A stretch of 64,000 nucleotides of DNA. It comes from a virus. Shown here in pieces: positions 42,361 through 51,769 of this stretch. The notes beneath the pieces were generated by a model that worked only from the letters and a program-made list of their open reading frames with translations, did no database searches and had not been told where the DNA came from. The stretch spans positions 18,522-82,521 of the IMG/VR virus record IMGVR_UViG_3300045988_071562, one strand, 5' to 3'. Position numbers and translations under genes: made by a program. The stretch's first letter is position 1. Each line of letters begins with the position of its first letter.

Positions 42361-43314
42361 CTATTTCTTGATTACCTTCATGTTTTTATTCCAACTTCCA
42401 GAAATTGTTCCGTCTGGGTGAATTATAAATTCTCTGCAAACACTATTATCTTCCGTTTTCTCTATTTCGCTAAGCATTTTCATGTTTGAATAGCTAAAGG
42501 TAATTAAAATATCTTTGTATTTCCATATCTCATACACATAATAATCCTGAATTGTTTGTTCGATAAATTCAAAATGATTGTATGCGTATTCAAGTATTTT
42601 GTTATATAATTCTTCTTTTTCATCGTATTTAATTCCGCTTTTTTCACTTAGCTTCATAAGTTTTCTGAATGATAAATCATCTGCAAAAGAGTATGCATCA
42701 ATCGTATTTAATACATCTTCGATTGTGTTTGCATCGCACAATACGCATTGCAATCTCATTTTGGTCTTTAACAATTTGCCTTTAATACGTTCCAGATCAG
42801 CCAAAGATGGCATACATGTTCCAAAAATTTCATTATTTTTCTTATCAGAAATAGCATGTCTGCTAATGTCTACAAAATCAAACAGTCCATCAATTTCTTT
42901 AATATGATTTTCTAAGTATTTCCCATTTGTATTAATCGTCAAAAATTTAATATCGTGTTTTCCTAAAACTTCACACAATTTAGTAAATTTTTCAAATAGC
43001 AGTGGCTCTCCACCTGTTACAGATACGGAATACAATATTCCTTCTTTTTCCATTTCTGAAAGCATTTCATCAACTTGCATTATAAAATACTCTGCATTCT
43101 CGCAACGTTCTGCGTTTTGTTCGACACAGAATGAACATTTGGCATTGCACTTATCTGTTATTTTCAAATGCAAGTGCCATAACCATTCATTCTTTTCTAC
43201 TAAAATCCGATGACCAAATAATTTGACTTCCATCTTGCCATCATAATTTATTGGTAATCTTTCGACATTGCACTTGTGAATGTAATCTTTTATACTTTTA
43301 TTTTGTACAAACAT
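42361..43314 (-). CDS. Radical SAM enzyme
   Basis: Start moved to ATG 43314. The CX3CX2C motif is in ..LKITDKCNAKCSFCVEQ.. and a GGEPLL motif is in ..VSVTGGEPLLF.. 317 aa. Confidence 0.8.
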   Translation of the reverse strand: MFVQNKSIKDYIHKCNVERLPINYDGKMEVKLFGHRILVEKNEWLWHLHLKITDKCNAKCSFCVEQNAERCENAEYFIMQVDEMLSEMEKEGILYSVSVTGGEPLLFEKFTKLCEVLGKHDIKFLTINTNGKYLENHIKEIDGLFDFVDISRHAISDKKNNEIFGTCMPSLADLERIKGKLLKTKMRLQCVLCDANTIEDVLNTIDAYSFADDLSFRKLMKLSEKSGIKYDEKEELYNKILEYAYNHFEFIEQTIQDYYVYEIWKYKDILITFSYSNMKMLSEIEKTEDNSVCREFIIHPDGTISGSWNKNMKVIKK

Positions 43315-43837
43315 TAATATCACCAATCCTTTCTGCTTCTCTCGCCTGTTTCTTTTCAATCCACTTATTAATTTTATCATCGGAAATCATGTACATTTGC
43401 TTTAACATTTCGATGCAGATCAACACATCAGCAATTTCTTCTATCATGTTATCACGGTTGATTTTTCCACGCTTTGCCTTACTGATTGCCTGGATAAGCT
43501 CGGCACATTCTTCCATGCAGACGGTACTCTGTTTTTCTTCCCCATAATACAGAATGCTTCTCGCAATAGTGTACTTATCAATAATGTATCTCTCTTTTGT
43601 GCTGGATTTCTCTTCTTTTACCAATTCGAAATATTTATCTCTATATTCCAGGACAACTTCAAAATTGTATGAACCATATCCCGTATGGTAAAAGTTATCT
43701 CCAACCTTCTTATATTTTATTTGATAATATGGTTTCTCACCCATAACCTCAAAAACCAGATCCAATTCAGTTACTTTTTCTTTTTCAATTTTTGCTTCTC
43801 TTTCGCTTTCTATAGAAACATTTTCTAAATTATCCAT
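43298..43837 (-). CDS. MazG-like nucleotide pyrophosphohydrolase domain protein
   Basis: Start moved to ATG 43837 behind GGAGGGG. The C-terminal half ..CMEECAELIQAISKAKRGKINRDNMIEEIADVLICIEMLKQMY.. has the MazG EExxE...D pattern. Confidence 0.6.
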   Translation of the reverse strand: MDNLENVSIESEREAKIEKEKVTELDLVFEVMGEKPYYQIKYKKVGDNFYHTGYGSYNFEVVLEYRDKYFELVKEEKSSTKERYIIDKYTIARSILYYGEEKQSTVCMEECAELIQAISKAKRGKINRDNMIEEIADVLICIEMLKQMYMISDDKINKWIEKKQAREAERIGDINVCTK

Positions 43838-44335
43838 TATTCCCCTCCACCTTAATAAATGCCATCCAATGTGTTTTCCCCTGTTTGCCAGATCTATTGC
43901 CGTACAAGGGTCGTGCCCCAATGGCTGCAATAACGTCCTTTACAGAAATCTGTGTCTCATTCCACTTAAAAATCAATGTGCCGTAAGGTTTAAGCACACG
44001 CATACACTCCGAAAAACCATCATGTAACACTTGTTTCCATGTATCTTTGTTGAGTTTTCCGTACTTCTTTACCATCCAGGCATTGTCTCCTCCTTGGATA
44101 AGATGTGGTGGGTCAAACACAACATGGCAAAATGTATTATCTTCAAACGGGAGGCATGTGAAGTTGCTATAATATCTGGATGGATGTTGCAATACCTTGT
44201 TACTTTTCCATCTCCGCTTGTCCATATTGCTTCGTCATCCAGTTCGCGTTTATCAACGAAAACAGCAAATTCATTATTTTTGTTGAACCAAATCATTCTT
44301 GAACCACATGTAGCGTCCAGAACAGGTTTATCCAT
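43830..44335 (-). pseudogene. SAM-dependent DNA methyltransferase split over two frames (needs a -1 shift)
   Basis: ORF 44069..44335 carries motif I (..KPVLDATCGSRMIWF..AVFVDKRE..). ORF 43830..44225, in the -1 frame, carries motif IV (..FCHVVFDPPHL..) and the rest of the fold. Both frames are open across 44069-44225. Confidence 0.7.
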
Positions 44336-44412
44336 TTTCCTTCATCTCCTATCCAAAAAGTTTTCCACAAATTACACATCTGTATATATGCCCTCTTCTG
44401 CGAGAGTGATAT

Positions 44413-44916
44413 TTAATCCATTGATGACTGTGCATTCTTCATCTCCTCCAATTTCCTTGCAGTTTTTCTATAATCTCTATTTGCTGACCGGAACATCATC
44501 AGAAGAATTTCAGATACAGGTCTTGTTCTGTATCTCCTCACTGCTCTCTTGATGCATGAAAGCTCACTTCCGTCTGGTATGTAAACCCCTACAGAATACG
44601 GAATTTCCAGAGATATTTTTGCATATACATCTTGCGGCATAACTAAATAGTTGAAATCGCCAATGAAATTTAACCCGTGTCCAGATTTGAAATCTTCAAC
44701 AGACGACTTAATTTCATAGCAGTAGCAATCCGCTTTTTCTATTCCAGAAACGCTATTATTTGCTGGAACAAATTTCATGTAGTCCACTCTGATTGCATGA
44801 TCTGTATAGTAATCAAATGTAACTTCTCGTGCCCAATAAATACGTGGATCATTATGCGGATTAATTTTCTTTTCAACCATGGCTGATAATTTTGCCGTAA
44901 TCTCAGGTCTTGTCAT
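44413..44916 (-). CDS. MmcB-like PD-(D/E)xK nuclease-fold protein
   Basis: ..REVTFDYYTDHAIRVDYMKF..ADCYCYEIKSSVEDFKSGHGLNFIGDFNYLVMP.. Confidence 0.5.
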   Translation of the reverse strand: MTRPEITAKLSAMVEKKINPHNDPRIYWAREVTFDYYTDHAIRVDYMKFVPANNSVSGIEKADCYCYEIKSSVEDFKSGHGLNFIGDFNYLVMPQDVYAKISLEIPYSVGVYIPDGSELSCIKRAVRRYRTRPVSEILLMMFRSANRDYRKTARKLEEMKNAQSSMD

Positions 44917-45463
44917 TTCCCAGCTCCTCCAACTTCTTCTCAGCTTCTTCGCTGGTAGTAAATACTTTTATCCCAATAACATCATCTGAGAAAAATACTT
45001 CTCCATAATCTTCTTGGATTGCCTTTATGTTATATAATTTGCTTATCATAGTAATCTGAGATACTTTCATCTTGATAATTGGGTTTCTTGCGCCCTTGTT
45101 AATTCGGAATAATATATCCCCAACCTTACACGGCAATCTCACAAGCAATCCCTGTTCTTCTAAGTCTTTGTATTTCTTCAACTCTTTCTGCATTATCGCT
45201 AATTTAGCAAGTTCCAATCCAGTAAATGCACCGTTTTCTTTGAGTTCCTTTAATTCTTTTAAAGTGCCAATATCTTTGTAAGACTTTAATTCTTCAAGCC
45301 ACTCTGCGATTTGTTCATACTCCTTTACATATTGATTTCGTATATCTGCATTTAACTCATTTGCATCTTCTGAACCCATATCTGCATTCTCGATACTCCA
45401 TTTATAACGATTTGCAACTATCTTTAACTGTTTAATACCATCATCAATTAGAAATCTCTCCAT
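44903..45463 (-). CDS. Hypothetical coiled-coil protein (186 aa)
   Basis: From the ORF track. Confidence 0.5.
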   Translation of the reverse strand: MERFLIDDGIKQLKIVANRYKWSIENADMGSEDANELNADIRNQYVKEYEQIAEWLEELKSYKDIGTLKELKELKENGAFTGLELAKLAIMQKELKKYKDLEEQGLLVRLPCKVGDILFRINKGARNPIIKMKVSQITMISKLYNIKAIQEDYGEVFFSDDVIGIKVFTTSEEAEKKLEELGNDKT

Positions 45464-45826
45464 CTACTTCACCTCTTCCATCTGACTTTCTACAGTATCT
45501 GCAAGTAACTTCAAGGACTTAATAAACGAGTCCGTCAATGCTGTTTTGTATGGGCTTTTAGTGAATGTTCTGACAAGGCTTACTGCATCCTTGATTTTTT
45601 CTTCATCTTCGACGATTTCAGATGCTTCACACAATGTTTTTTTATTGTCTCTGTAAGTAACAACCTTGCTACTATAAAAATTCAATAAGTTTGGAAACGG
45701 AATTTCGATAGGGTTTAAATGGTCTTCTCTCGCCCATGTGAATCCCTGAAGCTTTGCCATTTTTATAACACTCAAATATTCTCCCTGTGTCTTTACGAAC
45801 ACGCTCTTCCCTGTTAAATCAATCAT
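45464..45826 (-). CDS. Hypothetical protein (120 aa)
   Basis: Start moved to ATG 45826 behind AGGAGG (45835-45840). Confidence 0.5.
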   Translation of the reverse strand: MIDLTGKSVFVKTQGEYLSVIKMAKLQGFTWAREDHLNPIEIPFPNLLNFYSSKVVTYRDNKKTLCEASEIVEDEEKIKDAVSLVRTFTKSPYKTALTDSFIKSLKLLADTVESQMEEVK

Positions 45827-46127
45827 CAAAATTTCCTCCTGTAATCTCATCAATACACTGATTCCAGCCCTCCGCAAAGCCAGCATCAGACGTATTGGCT
45901 GGATAATCTCCATTGTCTTTTTCTGGCAAATCCATAAGCGGACACCAGTCTGGTCTTGATTTACTTTCACAATCATAATGTTCTTCTGTCATCAGAATTA
46001 CATCATAATATAAACAGTCAGCTAATTCACAGCATCCCTCATATTCAAGATTTCCACAATATTCAGTTCCGAACGGGCAGCCATAACAATTTTCTGGCGT
46101 GTCAATCACTAATACTGATTTGCTCAT
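45819..46127 (-). CDS. Hypothetical Cys-rich protein (102 aa)
   Basis: ..PENCYGCPFGTEYCGNLEYEGCCELADCLYY..PDWCPLMDLPEKD. Confidence 0.5.
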   Translation of the reverse strand: MSKSVLVIDTPENCYGCPFGTEYCGNLEYEGCCELADCLYYDVILMTEEHYDCESKSRPDWCPLMDLPEKDNGDYPANTSDAGFAEGWNQCIDEITGGNFDD

Positions 46128-46384
46128 TCAACTCCACCGCCTTTCACGATTTCGATTGCCCTGCTCAGTCCAGCATTGTATCCTTGATGCACATCAGATA
46201 AAATACATTCTGATTCAATGAATTTATCTCTTTCCAATTCGCTAATAGCCTTATCCACATCAAAAGCTGTCGGCTGCTCGTCAACAATATGTATATATCT
46301 GTCTATAATCTTCTGTATTGGTTCTCCTAAGATATTTTGAAGCAGTATATCTTTTTTTAATTTATCTGTGTCGATTAACCGCAT
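46124..46384 (-). CDS. Hypothetical protein (86 aa)
   Basis: From the ORF track; ATGA overlap. Confidence 0.45.
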   Translation of the reverse strand: MRLIDTDKLKKDILLQNILGEPIQKIIDRYIHIVDEQPTAFDVDKAISELERDKFIESECILSDVHQGYNAGLSRAIEIVKGGGVE

Positions 46385-46387
46385 TCC

Positions 46388-46780
46388 TCAGCCCTCCTTG
46401 TATGGCTCTGGAAGTGGTCGCCATGCCGTAATCTCAATCCAATCATAATTGCTATCAAGATAATATCCGTCACAATCAATAAAGCTTGTATCTTGCCATG
46501 TTGTTTCTCCGTTAGTAACCAATATTTCTTGTCCGTCATCTGGCATTTTGCAGTCAAGCATATACTGTATATCAGTTGATATGGATTCTTCCGCACGTTC
46601 TTTTTCTGATATCTGATGATATTTTACCGGAATCCACCCATTTTCTTTCTCGTCCTGTTCCAGATCGTCCAGAAGACTATTTACGATATCCAGCGCACTC
46701 CCTGGAAGCCCATGCTTATACTGTGATTTCTTTTCTATCTCAGCTTTGTATTGTTCTAATCTGGTTCGTACTCTGCTCAT
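46388..46780 (-). CDS. DUF551-like protein
   Basis: C-terminus ..GWIPVKY..ILVTNGETTWQDT..WIEITAWRPLPEPYKEG. Confidence 0.45.
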   Translation of the reverse strand: MSRVRTRLEQYKAEIEKKSQYKHGLPGSALDIVNSLLDDLEQDEKENGWIPVKYHQISEKERAEESISTDIQYMLDCKMPDDGQEILVTNGETTWQDTSFIDCDGYYLDSNYDWIEITAWRPLPEPYKEG

Positions 46781-47136
46781 TATTCCACCTCCGAATCTTC
46801 TGGCATCTGGAATATCATTTTTTTCATAAAATCTTTTCTAATAGTTTTTGCAATTAATGTATTATCTTTTCCCCTCTGAGATTCACTAGCCGATTTGCAG
46901 ACATCAGGAAGAAGAATTTCATTTAATTTTGCATCTGCATAAGCTTCCTGAATCATATCCAGTACTTTAAGGGCTTTTGCTTTGGTGGAATATTCTCCCA
47001 AAACAAAATATCCTCCGTTTTTTTGCGCATCCTGCAAACTCCAGCATATGACTCTTAATGATTCTGGAAGTTTTAGATTTATTACAATGTTTTCAAACTT
47101 TACCAGTGCTGTTTTATCCTGACTTCTGATTAACAT
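46780..47136 (-). CDS. Hypothetical protein (118 aa)
   Basis: From the ORF track. Confidence 0.45.
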   Translation of the reverse strand: MLIRSQDKTALVKFENIVINLKLPESLRVICWSLQDAQKNGGYFVLGEYSTKAKALKVLDMIQEAYADAKLNEILLPDVCKSASESQRGKDNTLIAKTIRKDFMKKMIFQMPEDSEVE

Positions 47137-47147
47137 TTTGCGTCCTC

Positions 47148-47435
47148 CTAATATCTGACAATCTCAATGCATTCATCCACGATGAATTTATGCGCTTCAT
47201 CTCGGAGATGTTTCATTCTCTCAGTGACAATCTCCTTAGACTTGCTGACTGCTTCGTTGAAATCTTCTGTTTCAAGGTCTTTCCAGCTGATTCCCAGTTC
47301 GTAGCAGCTCAGGTAAAGGTTATCCCCACATCCCACATACTTGTGAATGCTGAGTTTCAGTGAATTATCTTTCAAGTCGAAGATACTTCCATCTTCAAGT
47401 TTTTCTTCGTATCTGGCATTACTTTTAAATTTCAT
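47148..47435 (-). CDS. Hypothetical protein (95 aa)
   Basis: From the ORF track. Confidence 0.45.
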   Translation of the reverse strand: MKFKSNARYEEKLEDGSIFDLKDNSLKLSIHKYVGCGDNLYLSCYELGISWKDLETEDFNEAVSKSKEIVTERMKHLRDEAHKFIVDECIEIVRY

Positions 47436-47523
47436 TCCATCCTCACTTTCCCCATGTAAGCAACTGGCACGCTATTGTGCAGTCCTCCATGATTTCTGTA
47501 TTTATATTTCCTCTGACGGTAAT

Positions 47524-47832
47524 TCATACGCAAAACGGCTCTTCTGCCGCAGTATTACTTTTTTCTGCACGCATTTTATTTAATCTTTCCGCAGCTTTCT
47601 TTTTCGTTTCATCGGAATATTTTCTTGGTGGATTGATTTTAATGTAGGAATAAGGTAAGTGAGCGAAAATAGATCCATCATTATTTCTGGCAAGAATTTT
47701 CACATCGTCTGGAAATTCCTTTTCTAATTCCTCACATCTGTTCTTCCAGGAACTTCCATTCTTAGCAGTAAGCCCTACATAATCTCTTCCTGGAATCCAT
47801 TCAATTACACATTCGTTTGTATTTTCAGCCAT
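47524..47832 (-). CDS. Hypothetical protein (102 aa)
   Basis: From the ORF track. Confidence 0.45.
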   Translation of the reverse strand: MAENTNECVIEWIPGRDYVGLTAKNGSSWKNRCEELEKEFPDDVKILARNNDGSIFAHLPYSYIKINPPRKYSDETKKKAAERLNKMRAEKSNTAAEEPFCV

Positions 47833-48195
47833 TTATTTTCCTCCTGCTCCTGTTAACCTCATAATGTATTCTTTATACAAAGTCGGTGATGCTATTTTTA
47901 ATAATTCTTCCAATTCTTTAATGGGTTTGTTCCAGGCGCACACACTCAATGGGCTATAATCACTTTGATCGTCATATTCTGCGTAAAATTGAAAGTCTTT
48001 ATACTTCCAAGGTCTATCAGTAGTGAAATCAATTCGATCATAGTCCGTTTTAGCAAGCCACGGCCATAATTCTCCGCCTGCTTCAGTAACTGAATCTGTA
48101 TATTTATCAACTTCACTATCCAGTTCGGCATCTTCGATTTCATAAGTTTTTGCTAATAGAATAACTAGGGTACGAAATCTTAATTCTTCGTCCAT
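47833..48195 (-). CDS. Hypothetical protein (120 aa)
   Basis: Start moved to ATG 48195 behind AAAGGAG. Confidence 0.45.
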   Translation of the reverse strand: MDEELRFRTLVILLAKTYEIEDAELDSEVDKYTDSVTEAGGELWPWLAKTDYDRIDFTTDRPWKYKDFQFYAEYDDQSDYSPLSVCAWNKPIKELEELLKIASPTLYKEYIMRLTGAGGK

Positions 48196-48325
48196 TTTTT
48201 CTCCTTTCATTTATAATCTTCAAAAGAAGCCCGGTGCACCCTTTCGTCATATGAAGGCAAGCTCCTTTCATTTTTTTATTTTTCATCTTTGGAATTTAGC
48301 CAGTAGAACTACTGGTGTGTTAGAA

Positions 48326-48916
48326 TCAGTGATAATTTTCTTCATTGAGTAAGTCGTTGAATTTTTCCAACGCCTTAATAGATACTTTGTTATTTGCTTT
48401 TTCTGGTCTGATTGATACATTTAAGTGAATATCAATAATGTGTTTTAGTTCTCTTGCAAGAGTTATTTTCCCCTGTTGGATTCCATCTCTATATCCTTTT
48501 GCCGGACGAAATTCGTCAATTTGTTTCTTCCCCTTTCCTTGACCGCCACCTGTTTTATTTCTAAGTTGATAACCGTGGTCTGCAAATTGTCTTTCGTAAA
48601 ATTTTTCCTTTTCATCAAGCTCTGATATAGGGCAATTTATAAATGCCGCATTCCATCCATATGGATTAATTTTTGAAAGTACCCCATGTTTTTTTAAGCT
48701 TCTGTCAATATGCGAATTATATCCCATGTTGTGTCCACAAAGTCTTGATAAAATATGCTTTGCTTGTCCTATGTACGCATACTTGAATCCCTCTTCATCG
48801 CATCTAGTGAGCATATAAATTCCAGATTTGTCGTTCAGATTCGGATTAACTTTTAACCATCTTTCACGGTTTGTTGCTTCAATAGCTTTTGCCTGTCTAA
48901 GCTTTTTATAGTCCAA
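48326..48916 (-). CDS. GIY-YIG domain (homing-type) endonuclease
   Basis: TTG start 48916 lies behind AAGGAGTGA. ..KSGIYMLTRCDEEGFKYAYIGQAKHILSRLCGH.. has GIY..YIG, plus a downstream Arg and ..ELDEKEKFYERQF.. Confidence 0.65.
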   Translation of the reverse strand: MDYKKLRQAKAIEATNRERWLKVNPNLNDKSGIYMLTRCDEEGFKYAYIGQAKHILSRLCGHNMGYNSHIDRSLKKHGVLSKINPYGWNAAFINCPISELDEKEKFYERQFADHGYQLRNKTGGGQGKGKKQIDEFRPAKGYRDGIQQGKITLARELKHIIDIHLNVSIRPEKANNKVSIKALEKFNDLLNEENYH

Positions 48917-49026
48917 CCGGAATCACTCCTTTTCGATTTGGTCAATGAGTTTCTTACATTCATCTTTAACATAGGCAAGTGATCGAATTTCGCATTCTTC
49001 ATTTTGCACTTTCCAGTAATCTTCCA

Positions 49027-49341
49027 TTATTTTAAACATTTTTTGAAGTCTGGTTCTTCCCCGAAATAATGTTCTGCTGTCTTAATATCATAACCATCGA
49101 AACAATGAGCGCAGTCAAATCCAATCCACCATATATCATCATCGTCACAATCGTGTAGAAATGGTTCTGAATAAGTAACTCCACCATGGCAGTCAAGATA
49201 ATATAAATCATCAACACTTTTCTTCGCTAATTTATGGCTGTAAGGTATTCCAACATATCCGCATCTGTATGCTCCGGGCATAAACAGGACTACATATGGA
49301 TAACCTTTGTATGTAGATTTTGTTTCTAAAACTGGTTTCAT
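49027..49341 (-). CDS. Hypothetical protein (104 aa)
   Basis: From the ORF track. Confidence 0.45.
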   Translation of the reverse strand: MKPVLETKSTYKGYPYVVLFMPGAYRCGYVGIPYSHKLAKKSVDDLYYLDCHGGVTYSEPFLHDCDDDDIWWIGFDCAHCFDGYDIKTAEHYFGEEPDFKKCLK

Positions 49342-49345
49342 TTAA

Positions 49346-49762
49346 TCACTCCCATTCATCTTCATCCTCATCTTCGCCATCATCATAGCAACCATTTTCC
49401 ATTATTTCTTTAAATGTAGCTATTGCTTTTCTAAACCTGTCGCGTAGAACCTCTTCTTTTTGCTCAAGATTTGCAATTACCTTTTTACGTTCTTCGATTT
49501 CTTTAAGCATCGCTGCGTTCTCTTCTTCAAGATTGTATCTGGCAATACGTTTCATGGTTGTTGGGTCAAGTTTTACAAGTTCCTTTCCGGTGACAATAAG
49601 AGTTGTTGGATTCATCATTGCCAGCACATATGTTCTTGTTGCGTCATAAACCGATGTAGTTTCTATTTGCTCTGGTGGTTCAGTAATATCCTCAATGGAT
49701 TCAACATCAAAGCACATCATTTTTTGATTGCTAAAATAAATAATCTGTCTTGTTTGCATCAT
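49346..49762 (-). CDS. Hypothetical protein (138 aa) with an acidic C-terminus
   Basis: From the ORF track. Confidence 0.45.
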   Translation of the reverse strand: MMQTRQIIYFSNQKMMCFDVESIEDITEPPEQIETTSVYDATRTYVLAMMNPTTLIVTGKELVKLDPTTMKRIARYNLEEENAAMLKEIEERKKVIANLEQKEEVLRDRFRKAIATFKEIMENGCYDDGEDEDEDEWE

Positions 49763-49815
49763 TTAATCACTCCTTTTTATCCAAACGCTACCTGTCCGTT
49801 GTTCTGCATATGCTT

Positions 49816-50442
49816 CTAATTATCTAAAGCATCTGGATTTTCGCATTCCATAGCAACTGCAACATCTTCAATGAATTCATCCGGGATATAGATTCCAGCT
49901 TGCTTACAAATAGCATATTGTACTTTTGCAATGCTACGGATATCCGCTCCCTGCATTTTCATAGTATTTGTTAAAACTTTAAGGAGATTTGCAACTCCAC
50001 CATGAGAATGAGGGATTTTCATTTCAGCGAGTTTGTTATTGGTAGTTTCTTTTAACTGATTTTCCATTTTCTTTCTCATCTCCAATCTTTTTCGATTGAA
50101 CCAGTCCAAATAGTTGTTAAATAAGTCATCAAAAGTATTGCTATTATTAATTGCATTAGAAATAGTTCCAAATGTATCTTTCAGCCATAATTGAAGAATA
50201 TATTGTCCGTTTTCATGGAACCAGTAATAAGTTTTTGCCTTATCCGTTCTTACACTCCAAGCATTAAATTTCAACGCTACATACCAATTAATGCAATATT
50301 TTGTCATTCTGAAATTTTTGTTCTTCCCATTGGAATATGTCTTTGCGTCTTTATTGCCTTTTAATGTAAGTAAAGGCTTCTCTTCTTTAATTTCGGAATT
50401 AACCATTTCTCTAAGCGCATCATAAACAGCAACTTCTACCAT
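49816..50442 (-). CDS. Hypothetical protein (208 aa)
   Basis: From the ORF track. Confidence 0.5.
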   Translation of the reverse strand: MVEVAVYDALREMVNSEIKEEKPLLTLKGNKDAKTYSNGKNKNFRMTKYCINWYVALKFNAWSVRTDKAKTYYWFHENGQYILQLWLKDTFGTISNAINNSNTFDDLFNNYLDWFNRKRLEMRKKMENQLKETTNNKLAEMKIPHSHGGVANLLKVLTNTMKMQGADIRSIAKVQYAICKQAGIYIPDEFIEDVAVAMECENPDALDN

Positions 50443-50451
50443 AGTTTTCTC

Positions 50452-50877
50452 CTAACTAAAAGGAAATTCATCTTCCATACCACCTAAATTCGGCACATCC
50501 ATGAAACTAGGTTCCGGCGGCGGTACTGGTCGTGTGTCTGTTTCCTGTGCCTGCGGTGACTGGCTCTTTCTTTCTGCAAATTCATGCTCTGCAACAAGGC
50601 AATCATTTGAGTAGATTTTTTCGCCATTTTTGTTCGTATAGTTTCCAGTCTGCCATTCTCCGCGCACATTTACTTTCGTGCCTTTTTTAAGATATTTCTC
50701 TGCGAATTCTGCATTTTTGCCAAGGCACACACAAGTGATAAAGTCAGATTTTCTTTCCGTGTTCTTTTTCACTCTTCTTTCGACAGCCAAAATATATCTT
50801 GCAATTTTGATGTCATTCGTTCCCATTCTGATATCTGGATCAGCAGTTAATCTTCCAGAAAGAATAACAATATTCAC
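50452..50877 (-). CDS. ssb: Single-stranded DNA-binding protein
   Basis: GTG 50877 lies behind AGAGGTGA. (M)NIVILSGRLTADPDIRMGTNDIKIARYILAVERR..DFITCVCLGKNAEFAEKYLKKGTKVNVRGEWQTGNY.. An acidic tail follows, ending ..MEDEFPFS. Confidence 0.85.
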   Translation of the reverse strand: MNIVILSGRLTADPDIRMGTNDIKIARYILAVERRVKKNTERKSDFITCVCLGKNAEFAEKYLKKGTKVNVRGEWQTGNYTNKNGEKIYSNDCLVAEHEFAERKSQSPQAQETDTRPVPPPEPSFMDVPNLGGMEDEFPFS

Positions 50878-50881
50878 AATA

Positions 50882-51070
50882 TCACCTCTCAATCTGAATA
50901 TCACATCTGATAAGCGCGTGTTTGATTTTCTTTGTGTTCCATGTTACAACTTCTTCTTTCCCGATAACAAAGGAAATATCATCTTCTGTTACGTTGAATC
51001 CTTTTGTCTTGATATGCTCCATGATGATTTCTTTGATTTCATCTGTGCCGATTCCGATTGTGATTTCCAA
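50882..51070 (-). CDS. Hypothetical protein (about 62 aa)
   Basis: Start is probably TTG 51070, 9 nt after GGGGAGG. The ORF-track version overlaps the upstream gene. Confidence 0.4.
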   Translation of the reverse strand: MEITIGIGTDEIKEIIMEHIKTKGFNVTEDDISFVIGKEEVVTWNTKKIKHALIRCDIQIER

Positions 51071-51075
51071 TGGTG

Positions 51076-51429
51076 TTACCTCCCCGGTTTGTAGACTGGC
51101 GGCATTGGTTGCCATGCAACGACTGGATAATATACAATGCAATTTTCTACTTTACCCCACTTCCCATTTCCTAAATATGTAAGTGTTGTTGGTAATTCAG
51201 CTCCTTTGATAGTAACGTTATATTGCATCCAGTCTTGTGGCTCTTCTCTCTCATCTGGCTCTGGCGGCAACTTCACATCTGTTGGAATCCACATATCCGC
51301 AGGTCTGTATGAGCAAATCAGTTCTTCAACTTTCTTGATTGCATCATTCCAACCTTTGTCGTACTTGCATTCCCGTTCGGAAAGTTCTGGCTTTTTCAGT
51401 TTGTCAAGTGTTTTTAATAAGATTTTCAT
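51076..51429 (-). CDS. DUF551-like protein
   Basis: ..DMWIPTDVKLPPEPD..VVAWQPMPPVYKPGR. Its C-terminus is paralogous to that of 46388..46780. Confidence 0.45.
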   Translation of the reverse strand: MKILLKTLDKLKKPELSERECKYDKGWNDAIKKVEELICSYRPADMWIPTDVKLPPEPDEREEPQDWMQYNVTIKGAELPTTLTYLGNGKWGKVENCIVYYPVVAWQPMPPVYKPGR

Positions 51430-51432
51430 TGG

Positions 51433-51756
51433 TTAATCCTCCTTAACTTTCTCGACAGTTTCTTTTATTGCTTCTTTCACAGCCTTAGTTTTAATCATCT
51501 TATCTGCCAAGGCTTTTGCCGCTTCCTGTACAATCATGCTTTCGTTTCTTTTCAAAATTTCGTCAATTTGCATGCGAACCATTCTTTTTAATGGCTCATT
51601 GGTATCTCTACTACCGTATGTAGATTTTTCGTAGATAACTTCTTTAATTTCCTTGGTGATTTTCTCAACTACCCTATCCTCAACATTTTTACGGATTTCC
51701 TTGGCAATTTCTTCTTCATTAACGCCAATCACTACTGGCACGCTGAATACGCTCAT
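51433..51756 (-). CDS. Hypothetical protein (107 aa)
   Basis: Start moved to ATG 51756 behind GGAGA. Confidence 0.45.
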   Translation of the reverse strand: MSVFSVPVVIGVNEEEIAKEIRKNVEDRVVEKITKEIKEVIYEKSTYGSRDTNEPLKRMVRMQIDEILKRNESMIVQEAAKALADKMIKTKAVKEAIKETVEKVKED

Positions 51757-51769
51757 TAATTTTCTCCTT

